DNA from: Octopus vulgaris
Lineage: Eukaryota
DNA: 64,000 nt
Assembly: GCA_951406725.2 (NCBI GenBank)
Contig: OX597820.1
Coordinates: 122,264,001 to 122,328,000, forward strand
Direction: 5' to 3'
The position numbers were made by a program, and so were the translations under genes. Shown here in pieces: positions 53,902 to 64,000 of this stretch (its first letter is position 1; each line of letters begins with the position of its first letter). Below the pieces are notes generated by a model. The model made no database searches and was not told where the DNA came from. It saw only the letters and a list, made by a program, of their open reading frames with translations.

Positions 53902-54196
53902 TCATGTGATCACGTGACTGACCAGGCTATCAGATGTTGATACACATTGCTGGTCACAATGCGCTTCGCATTGTTTTAGCCTTCAAATGATGCCACCCCG
54001 CTGGCTAAGTGAGCAGGCCAACAGAAGAAAGAGCGAGAGAAAGTTGTGGTGAAAGAGTACCACAGGGATCGCCACCACCCACTGCCGGAGCCTCGTAGAG
54101 CTTTAGTTGTTTTTGCTCAATAAACACTCAGAACGCTCGGTCTGGGAATCGAAACCACGATCCTATGACCACGAATCCACTGCCATTGCGCCTCCA
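53902..54196 (-). mobile_element. SINE family 5
   Basis: Homologous to 42833-43144, with a small deletion in the head. Confidence 0.9.
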
Positions 54197-54810
54197 CTTA
54201 TATATATATCGATAGATAGATAGATAGATATACATGCATACAATCCTTGTAGTCATCTTGTGCGTGTTTCAAAATGGCCCTTGACTGTAATGGCTGACAC
54301 AGGATAATTAAATAAAGTAAAATTCGATTTCCACTTATACTGTTATGACTCAAAGATAACATTATGACTGATCATAGTATGAAGTTCACTGGTCGTACTT
54401 ACACCTTAACATCTCAAAGCACCTGCTTAATTATACTAAAAAAAAAGAAAAAGAGAAAAACAGCAAATCTTGGTGAAGCAGTCTCACGGCTTTTCTTTTT
54501 TGAATAGTTGTGTTCCTGCAATGGCCAAGTGATTTGCATATTAAACTAAAATTCTCGAACACTTTTGTCATCTCTGTATTCAACAAAGGATGTCACAAAG
54601 CAGTGTCTTTATTTTTTCTTTATTAATACGTTGTTTGTGTGTGTGTGTGTTTCAGTTACGACTTGTTAATCTTTTCAACCATTCAGTTTAGATTAGCCTG
54701 ATAAGCCTAGGGATCCACATAACGCATCACGTAATCTATTTTGACTATATCAAATGAAGAATTCTATCGAATCAATTGCTGTAAATTTAAATTCCATTCT
54801 TCTGTTATAT

Positions 54811-55720
54811 ATCATCATCCTCATTTAGCACCGATTTCCCATCCTGGCAGAGGTTGGATGGTTTGACTGGAGCTGGTGAAGACAGGAGCCATTCCAGGCC
54901 CTTGACTGTTCTGACATGGTTTCAGGCTCCCTTGACTGTTCTGGCTCGTTGCCGTTCCTAATTTTGACCCCTCCACTGAAAGCACTGGTGTTTTATACAT
55001 GGCACCAGCACCAGTGTTTCCATTGTGACACCTGCATTGGTCTCAATTCTGGTGGATGGGTCTTCTTGAGTACAGCAAGGTGACAGATATCGTCATTCTT
55101 TGTCATTTTCTTCATAAGGCTCAGTGTCTTCATTCGATGGATCCGGTGCCTTTCGGGGAAGCTTTTGCCTGCTTCTTAGGACCGACTGACCCATGCTCGA
55201 CAGCCATTGGCACAGAACCCTTCTCCACTTCGGTCTTTGAAGGTCTCGATCAGCTTTCTATACTTTGTCCTATTCTTCATCGGTCTCCTTTTTCCTCATC
55301 TTCCATCCACTTTAAGCAATCAACATTTTTGTATGCAACTGTCTACATCCATACACATCACATGACCAAACCAGTGCCCTCTGCATCTTATTCCTCTTAA
55401 GCCCAACGTTTCTCTCCGTACACACAAGTGCTCTGTCACATATGCACACTGACATTGCACATCCAAAAGTGCATACTAGCTCCATTCCTCTCTTACTTTT
55501 GCCTGTCTTCTGCATTCAGGCTCCATGTAGCATTACTGTTCATATACATGCATCGTACAATCTTCCCTGTCGCTCAAAGAGGCCTTTGGTAGCCAATAGG
55601 GTCAAAAGCTCTCTGAATTTTCTCCATTCTATTCTTATTCTAGTGATGAAACTTTTGGTGCATCCTCTCCCACAGTCAATTAGGTTTCCAAGGTAGTACA
55701 AATTATCCTTTACCTAAGGA
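54811..55720 (-). mobile_element. RTE-clade LINE 3' portion (RT thumb region, UTR, (GAT)n tail), degraded
   Basis: Minus-strand YLGNLIDCG..ITRIRIEWRKFRELL..GRLYDACI..MLHG resembles RTE YLG..RI..W..FREL..KGKLY..LLYG; the 3' part matches the RTE UTR family. Confidence 0.78.
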
Positions 55721-55906
55721 GCCTCCAGTATATTTGAGCAAATCAAGATCCTGATTATCTGTAGTTTTTATGACTCCCGTGCATCTTCCACATAAAAATA
55801 TTGCTTTCTAGGAATGGGTCAAAGGTCATGATGTCTAACTCTGTATTGCAATCTTATGGGTTCAGCTAATGCGCCGTCTGCATGTTTATGCTTTGTGTGT
55901 TTGTAT

Positions 55907-56490
55907 GGATGTGTGGTAAAGAAGTTTGCTTCCCATCTGCAGGGTTCTAGCACCAATCCGATTGTGGCCGTTGCCAGCCTGCTCTGGCACCTGTGCCAGT
56001 GGCATGTAAAAAGCGCCCACTACACTCACGGAGTGGTTGGCATTAGGAAGGGCATCCAGCTGTAGAAACACTGCCAAACCAGACTGGAGCCTGGTGCAGC
56101 CTCCATGGCTTCCCAGACCCCGGTCAAACTGTCCAACCAATGCTAGCATGGAAAACGGACGTTAAACGATGATGATGATGATGATGATGCATGGCACATG
56201 GAGCAAGTGCCTTCTGCTATAGCCATGGTCTGACAAAAAAACCTTCTGAGGATTTGGTAGATGGAAACCAAAAGATGCCCATTGTGTGTGTGTGTGTATA
56301 CCTGAGTCTATGTTTGTCTCACACCACTGCTTGACAACATGGTGTTGGTATGTTTATGCCCTTATGTCTTTTATGTAACTTAGCAGTTTGGCAAAAGGAA
56401 CCAACAGAATAAACAGAGTAAAGACTAGGCTTTAAAAACAATCAGTCCTGGAATCGGTTTGGTCAGTTAAAGTACCTCCAGGTGTTAAAA
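55907..56490 (+). mobile_element. Old SINE family 1 copy interrupted by a young RTE 3'-end insertion (~55950-56189)
   Basis: SINE head (gtgtggtaaagaagtttgcttccca) precedes the insert; the SINE body (gcatggcacatggagcaagtgccttctgctatagcc) resumes after (GAT)n. Confidence 0.8.
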
Positions 56491-56984
56491 GATAGGATGT
56501 GTGTGTGTGTTTGTGTATATCTGAATGACCAATTTATATATCCATATTTTCCCATACATGACCTTTCCCATGTGCCTGTTCATGTAGGAAATAAGTGTAG
56601 CCATGTGGGGTGATGTGTTTACTTTGTAATCCGAAGGTCCTGAATTTGATTCCATTACATGGATTTCTTGCCATAGCTTGAGGTTGACAGAAACCTTGTG
56701 GTCAAAACTGGGTTGGCAGATACTCTATGGAAGTGCAGAAAAACCTTCTGACACAATTTGCTGGCTGATTCAGACTGGGGTCCCTGGGGTATATTCACCC
56801 ACCACTCAGACTGTAATTCCCTGAACATGTACTTGACAGTCATTGCTGAAACTATTGAATGATTCACTTACATATAGATATGTACAAACACACACATGCA
56901 CACACACACACACTCATGCACACACGTATACGTACACAAACATACATTGTATGATGGGGGAATAATATATGTATTTTATGTATG

Positions 56985-57894
56985 TATAAGGGGGTACACA
57001 AAAGAAACCGAAATTTCGCAATATTATTCTATTCTTTTAGTTTAACATGTTTGCCCTTTTATTGTGTTCAAAGTATTCCCTATTTGAAGCAATGCATTGT
57101 TCCAGATGCATTTTCAAATGTTGGGAGCAATCCTGGAATTCTTGCAAAGTGATGCCTGTTAACGCCTCCATTGTTTTTTTCTTCAACTCTTTCACATTTG
57201 CAAATTCCATAGCACCAACTCCCATCATCTTTGATGACCTTCGAAAAATGGTCCAGATTAGATTCCATTTGTTCTTTCAGTTCATGACATGCATTCAGCC
57301 ATGAACACTTTTGATCTTTTGTGAATAAGCGAGGCACAAATTTTGCTGCAACTCTTTTCATTCACAATTCCTCACTCAAAATTCATTGACAGGAGCCCCA
57401 GGACACACCGGTCATATCAACAAGTTCGTCAGTTGTTTGGTGACGGTCCCCGAAGATCTGTTTATGAATTTTTATGGTGTTTTCATTCGTTTGGGAGGTT
57501 GATGGTCACTCCGCATGAGGTTCATTCTCAAGCAACAAATGACCATTCCTAAAGTCTGAAAACCACTCATAAACTTGTGTTTTGCTTATGGCCGTAGCCT
57601 TGTAAGCTGTTCAAAGCCTGGCAGCTGTTTCAGCTGCTATTTTCCCCTGCAGAAAACAGAATTTCACAGAATCATGCCATTCCTTTGTTTCAGCCATCAC
57701 AAAAATTGACAAACAGGGGTAAAGCACTGCAAAACAAAGAGGCACCATGGAGCAGTATGACCTCACTGGACAATGCCAGTTGCCAGACCGATGCCTGAGG
57801 GTCACACCAAGTGGCTTTTAGTAGTAGAAGCCTGAAATACAACAGGCTTGTCCCACAAAGAACATTCCTGGTTATTTTTGGGTAGCCCCTCATA
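56985..57894 (-). mobile_element. Internally deleted mariner transposon
   Basis: TIRs taagggggtacacaaaagaaacc / ggttatttttgggtagcccctcata. Peptides VKFCFLQGKIAAET, KRVAAKFVPRLFTKDQK and KVIKDDGSWCYG are joined directly to C-terminal FANVKELK..LEQCIASNREYFE. Confidence 0.9.
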
Positions 57895-57944
57895 TATTAT
57901 ATATGTATGTATGTACATATATATATATATACACACACATACAC

Positions 57945-58332
57945 AGTCATGACTGTGTAGTAAGAAGTTTGCTTCCCAACCACATGGTTCCAGGTTCAGT
58001 CCCACTGTGTGGCACCTTTGGCAAGCATCTTCTACTTTAGCCTGAGAGTGACCAAAGGCTTTTGAGTAGATTTGGTCGGTTGATGAATGGAAACTGAAAG
58101 AAGCATGTCGTGTGTGTGTGTGCATGTGCACATGTTTTTGCATCTGTGTTTGTCCCACACCTTTGCTTGATGAGTGGTATTAGCATTTTAACATCCCATT
58201 AACATTGCAGTTTGGCAAAAGGGGACAGATAGAATAAGTACTGGGATCAATTCATTCAACTAAAAATTCTTCAAGGGGGTGCCCCAGCATGGCCACAGTC
58301 TAATAATTGAAACAAGTAAAAGATAAAAGATA
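57945..58332 (+). mobile_element. Older SINE family 1 copy
   Basis: gcttcccaaccacatggttccaggttcagtcccact...ccagcatggccacagtc..gaaacaagtaaaagataaaaga. Confidence 0.85.
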
Positions 58333-58571
58333 TACTGCTTGTCTATGATTGTAGCTTCTGCTCCTGTTTTTTGCAGAAGTCCAATATACTGAAAAGCTGT
58401 GTCTGCATCTGTATCCAATCTATTGGTTATTGATTTCTATGCCTCTTTCACTGAAATGAGGCCATGTATACAGATGTATATTTTGTATGCCACCATGTTC
58501 ATGCACATTATATGTATGTGTGTTTACATTTATCTGTGTTTTGTATTGACACAGATACATGTGTATTTGTG

Positions 58572-58607
<36 letters not shown>

Positions 58608-59387
58608 ATATGTTTGCATGGGTGTGTATGTATATCTATCTATCTCTCTCTCTCTCTCTATATATATATGTGTGTGTTTGTGAGTATATATGAGTGTATG
58701 TAATGTGTTATCTAATTAGGAAAATATCTCTTCAGGGATAAATATTTCCATATCACTATATCTTGACGCTAATGCATTGGTTGTAGTAATGGCTGTTTGT
58801 GAAACGAAAATGAAGATATGAAGAGGTATGTTTACAAAGTACATTTGTTCCGGTGTATGTACGCATGTGTATCGTGTGTGTGCAAGTGTGTGTGTAACTG
58901 TGTAATGACTGGTACAGACATATTCTAAATAGATTGTCAGTAATTTATATATATCATGTTCATATACATGAAGGAATTATACTTTGATACACACACCATG
59001 CACATGTACATACAATACATACATACATACATATATATATGTATGTATATATTACAGAAAATAAAGGAATTTGCAAACACAAGGAAGTTGGGAAGATGGC
59101 TTAGAAATACACACACGTATACACACACACACACACACGATAGTGTAATTGTTAAGCTATTCCACCTTTGTTAGTGGAACTGTATTGAATTTTTCAATAT
59201 TTAAGTCTAATTTCTTTATGTAGTATTGACTATAGTTTTTATTGATACCTTTTCCCTTAAATTCTATTTCATTTTTGTTGTGCAAAAACAACCTGCTGAA
59301 AATGTATTGGCATTTAATATGTGGTGATTATGATGATGATAATGATGACTGTGCTTCTAAGATGAAACAACATTTTGTGTATTGCAG

Positions 59388-59627
59388 GAACACTACAGTT
59401 ACCACCACCATCTTTACCTCCACCTCCACCTCCACCCCCAATTGAAGACATTCCCCAAAGAAGTCCTGTTGCATCAACGCGAAGGAAGTCCTTTGGTCCT
59501 TCACAGCGTGGAAATTATTCGGAGGTGGAGAACACGTGTCGCAGATGCAACTATTCTGAAGGAGAAGGTGACTTTGAGCAACATTATTTGGTGCAGACCA
59601 CATCAAGTAATGTATTCTTGCCACCAG
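59388..59627 (+). CDS. TENM: Internal coding exon (240 nt, phase 1-1), proline-rich, teneurin-like intracellular domain
   Basis: Acceptor ttttgtgtattgcag|G and donor CAG|gtaagg. The frame GTLQLPPPSLPPPPPPPPIEDIP..FEQHYLVQTTSSNVFLPPG joins in frame to the 39073-39438 exon. Polyproline and HYLVQTTS resemble teneurin PPLPPP and HFLFKTSS (from memory). Confidence 0.72.
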
Positions 59628-60479
59628 GTAAGGCCAATCTATTCTCATGTTAATTGTTGCCATTGTTTTTGTTGATTTTAGTTTTTGTGAAATCCTGCTT
59701 CTAATCATATTGACTTCAGTTAGCATTGTTCAAAAACCTACAAAAACCTTTTGTTTCATCTATATCCAATTAACTAGTGTCTCCCAGTCTTGTGGAGATA
59801 TGATAATACTATTTCTTAACTAATATTCTTCCATCACATATTTCTTACTAATTTGATTTTCAAAGCTCTTCCTATTTATTAAGTTAGTGTTATCACAGTT
59901 ATATAAGCTGCTTATCATCTAAATATCCCTAAGTGCTCTACTTTACATTACTCTGTTAAATGTTGAGGAATTATCCATGCTAATTTTTCAGATGGCTCTT
60001 CACAGTCAGCATGTGAAAGGTGATTTTTATCCCACCTTAATTAAAGACAAAAGTAACAGCAATAGAGGCCCCAAGTTTCCCTGAGTATTTCATCCTATAA
60101 AGATATGACTTCTGACATTGCTAGAAGACATACATCTTCCTAAAATTGTTCTGAGCTTTATAAAATTATAAACATACTTTTTTTTTATTTTACTTGATAA
60201 TGTAATAAAATTGTTTTGAAGTTGGTAAGTTCTTTGAAAAATGTGATATTGGTTTTTTTTTAATTAATGCACAAACGTTATGTGTTACTATGTTAATTGT
60301 TTTCTTCATCTACCTGCTTTTCTTTAAATTTTCTCTCTTAGCAACACATTCGTATCTAAGCATTTGCTTTTCTAATTCACTAACTCATTCTTAGAATTAA
60401 TAAAGATAGGTTAGAGAAAGAAATTTCCACCAAACTGGCAAAATTATTATTACTAGCTCACCTTTGATTACAAATTATG

Positions 60480-60772
60480 GGTGTTCCGATCCAATTACTG
60501 GAACAGCCTACACATGAAATCAGTGTGCAAGTGGCTGAGTACTCCACAGACACACGTAACCTTAATGTAGACCTCATGGAGATTCAGTATGATACAGAAT
60601 ATGACAAGGCTGGCCCCTTTTGACTCTCAGGTACAACTCCTTTTTGCCAGCTGAGTAGACTGGGGCATTGTGAAATAAAGTGTCTTACTCCAGGACACAA
60701 CATGCCACCAGGAATTGAACTCATGACCTTAAAATCATAAGCTGAATACCCTAACCACTATGTTATGTGCCT
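60480..60772 (-). mobile_element. tRNA-derived SINE family 6 (old)
   Basis: Minus strand aggcacataacatagtggttagggtattcagc...gagttcaattcctgg (A/B boxes), then gtcctggagtaagacactttatttcac (CORE/V-like motif). Confidence 0.75.
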
Positions 60773-61321
60773 AGACTCTCACAATGTGCCACACTGTTGG
60801 TTCTGGCCCTTTACATCCAGAATTCGAAACTTACCAAAGCAAAATTGATCTTTTTATCTTTAGAGAGTTGATGAAATAACAATTAATTGCCTCTGTAATT
60901 ATTTACCCACTGACTGTTAGGTCTAGTCCTAATTACTTCCTGATGAGATTAGAGCATCTGAAATTCAGATCCTTGTGAAAAGTATATGTTCCAATAGTCA
61001 GATTGTTCCTTTGCACCAGCACACTCTGCATGTCCTTGCTGTTGATATGCAGATACACTCTGCAGAAGTTCCTTGATGATGTTCCCTGTCTCTGAGGTAT
61101 GTCTTTCTGCAGTTTGTCTCCTTCATAGAGATACAGACTAGAATGTTGTGGAATCATTAGCACACTGGACGAAACGATCCTAATCATGTTCCCCACCATT
61201 CTGTGTGCTGAATTCAAATTCTGCCAAAGAGTAGAGAATTGGGATCAATATATTTGGTGGATCTTCTCTCCAAAATGACAGGCTTTGTGCCTATAGTTGA
61301 AAGAATTGTAATTATTGTTAT

Positions 61322-61880
61322 TGAGTGAGAGAGCAGGGTATGCCATCATAGTGACACTGGGGTACAATTATACAAAACCCAGTAGACCCATCATGACTAC
61401 CCATCTGATAAGAGTACACTAGGCACATGCATCACAACCATATGTGCGCGACATGGTGATCTGATATCCAGATAAACAGCGCATGACCTTGCAGGTGGGG
61501 CCCAGTTAGAATTTTCTTCTGGTCGAGTAGCCCATCCCACTCAAAAGGTCCCTGAATAAGGGCTGTTTAAGGATGTTGAACGAACCACCCATGTCACCAA
61601 AGGAGGTTTATTCAAACCCCAAAGAATTCCTCTCAACAAATGGCTATGATGCTCCCCCACTACTTCTGCTCGTGATCAGAGATGCACATATCGTCAGCCA
61701 CTAAGAGACATGGTCAACTGGTTAAGGTCAAACAACTGACAAGCAAATCTGTGGTATTGAGCAGAATATTTGCTGTTGCCCATCTTTTATACCGAGACAA
61801 AACAATGTACATGATAACACTTCCAATCAGTTAAGATCAGAAGCCATGAGAGCGACTGCCTGGTACTGCATCAGGGCATT
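61322..61880. mobile_element. Unclassified ~560-bp GC-richer element inserted in an (ATT)n/(TAA)n tract
   Basis: Sharp compositional boundaries, flanked by attattgttatt and tattattatt; no ORF and no TIR. Confidence 0.5.
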
Positions 61881-61937
61881 TATTATTATTATTTCATTTT
61901 ATTTTTATAAATCTCTTTATAACTAGTATTGTTATCA

Positions 61938-61990
<53 letters not shown>

Positions 61991-61992
<2 letters not shown>

Positions 61993-62182
61993 GGTAACGA
62001 ATTGGCACAATGATTAGCATTTTATCTTGTTTTTACATTCTGACTTCAAATTCCACCATGGTTGACTTTGCCTTTCATCCTTTTGGGATCAATAAAATAA
62101 ATGCAGGTTACGCACTGTACTCAATGCAATCGATAAATTCACTCCTCTGAAATTTCCGGCCTTGTGCCTATAGTAGAAAGGA
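61991..62182 (+). mobile_element. SINE family 3 copy flanked by (ATT)n
   Basis: Follows a long (ATT)n; gttgactttgcctttcatccttttggg...cttgtgcctatagtagaaaggattattatt. Confidence 0.82.
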
Positions 62183-63195
62183 TTATTATTATCATTTGTT
62201 GTTGCTGTTTCATGGAATTGTTACTTTGCCTGTTCCAATTATTCTTCCTATCAAACCACAACTTGTGTTCTAGAATGTGGAGCATTTTGTGTCTTTTATA
62301 GAAAATTATTTCCTGCCCTTCATGCTTGTTTTTACATACAGCTGAGGAGTTTTTGAATAGTTCTTGGTGAGCTACACTGTATTTACCCTGAAGTTAAAAA
62401 TCAAATTTTTTCAAGGTTTGCTTTTTCCCTTTTTTTTTTTGTCACTTTTCTCGTGACATTATCATGATCCTATTAACTTCTCTGATCCAAACTTTGACAA
62501 ATTCACACTTCATGTCAGTATAATGCTCTACCTTTGTTTTTCATTTCTTTTTACTCTAGTGACAAATGGTTATGTCATGATTATAACACTTAGATTCTTC
62601 TTGTCAAAAGCTTCGATATTGGGTCTTTTGAATTCCTTTCTTAGTTTGTATAGGAAAATCCTCACTTCAATGTTTTCAATAACCTGCAATGTTTTCAGTC
62701 ATCACAAAATGTTTATTGCTGGTCACTTTTGTATTTGCAAAACTTAACTTTGTGATAATTCCCGTACATTGTTGCAGCCATTTCATTATGTCTACACTTT
62801 TTGTATTCATTCAGAGCTGCTATCAACAATCAACACTCATTAACCTCCTCCTCCTCCTCCTCCTTCTTCTTCTTCTTCTTCTTCTTCTTCTTCCTCCTCT
62901 TCCTCCTTTTGGAATGGTAGTACAGAGCAAGACCTTTCTGTTCGTTGGCCTTTACCTTCTTCTGGCTCTGATGAGGAGGGAATCTTACTGCTTTCCTCAA
63001 AGCTGAAACTAGTGGTGCTCCTGTAACATCAGCTTCTAGGGATCTGCTCTTGTTGCTACTCCTGCTTCCTTTTTCCCCCCTGCTTTTCCATCCCTTCTGG
63101 ATAGAAAGGCCTTGAGTAACTCTTCTTTATCTGGCCTAGTCCCACTATCAGTTTCATTTCTTTCTTTTCTGCTCTCACAATGGAGTCTAGTTTGG

Positions 63196-63440
63196 CATCA
63201 TCATCATCATCATTTAGCGTCCGCTTTCCATGCTAGCATGGGTTGGACGGTTCAACTGGGGTCTGTGAAGCCAGAAGGCTGCATCAGGCCCAGTCTGATC
63301 TGGCAGTGTTTCTACGGCTGGATGCCCTTCCTAACGCCAACCACTCCGTGAGTGTAGTGGGTGCTTTTTACGTGCCACACGCACAGGTGCCAGATGGGGC
63401 TGGCAAACGTCCACGGACGGATGATGCTTTTTACGTGCCA
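63196..63440 (-). mobile_element. Short RTE 3'-end element, young
   Basis: Matches 5753-5935 plus one additional tggcacgtaaaaagc subunit. Confidence 0.88.
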
Positions 63441-64000
63441 GTGAATTTTTTGTTGTTGTTGTTAGGACTTGCATATCTATACAGACACCACCCAAACACC
63501 TATAGTCATCACCACCTGTTCATACTGTACCTAAAAAAGGGATAACTGCTATTGTCTCCAGCTGTGTACCTATAGATTGTTGCAACTATTTGTAGGCAGG
63601 TATTTCTCCACTCGTTCTAGATTCTCAAAGACCAGATATCTCTGATCCATACTTTCTATCCCAATAGATGCTACACATTAACCAGAATTTCTGACAATTG
63701 TTCCTTTGGGCTTACCTGGAAGATTCCTTCAGTTTTCTGGAAAAAAAGACAAAATGCCCTGGTGTGATATTCCCATCTGTCAATATATTTCTTAGGCCCA
63801 ATCCTTTATATTTGTTTTCTCGGTATTGATCTGTACCCAAAGTATTTCTCAGTGTTTCGTGCTTCTATCAAACCTGTTGCTATTGCTCTGTCTTCTTGTC
63901 ATTAAGGTATTGGATTCTTCCTCATAAGATTAGAATTTCAATTCATAGACTGAGTAGAGCATTGTGGTCATGAGAAAACACTTTTTGCAAGTGGTCCCAT

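Noticed and set aside
60930-60985. CTGATGA...GAAA hammerhead-like motif
   Set aside because: Stem II is out of register and no stem I pairing forms after the putative AUC site.
62960-63025. CTGATGA...GAAACTAGT hammerhead-like motif
   Set aside because: G at the cleavage position, no stem I, and an unpaired base of stem II.
63530-64000. Possible degraded coding remnant on the minus strand
   Set aside because: Multiple stops and no motif I can recognise.

Overview
AT-rich, repeat-dense animal genomic DNA. The SINE/LINE inventory and extreme (TA)n/(CA)n/(CAT)n/(ATT)n microsatellite load point to an Octopus (coleoid cephalopod) genome; this is an inference. Nearly all ORF-track entries are microsatellite or repeat artefacts. 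Only two convincing host exons are visible, both on the + strand and both phase 1-1 (39073-39438 and 59388-59627, ~20 kb apart). They join in frame and resemble the N-terminal intracellular domain of teneurins, so much of the window is probably intron. The rest is mobile DNA: several tRNA-derived SINE families, RTE-clade LINE remnants (one ending in three C2H2 zinc fingers), an R4/Dong-like LINE remnant, two mariner relics, Helitrons and MITEs. The most striking unannotated layer is a set of short (TA)n-embedded elements carrying minimal type-I hammerhead ribozymes (four near-intact, one decayed, from four sequence families). One two-copy family has an unusually long 59-nt stem II supported by compensatory base changes. 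Related (TA)n-embedded fold-back termini resemble Penelope-like element ends. All assignments are by eye; no database searches were run.
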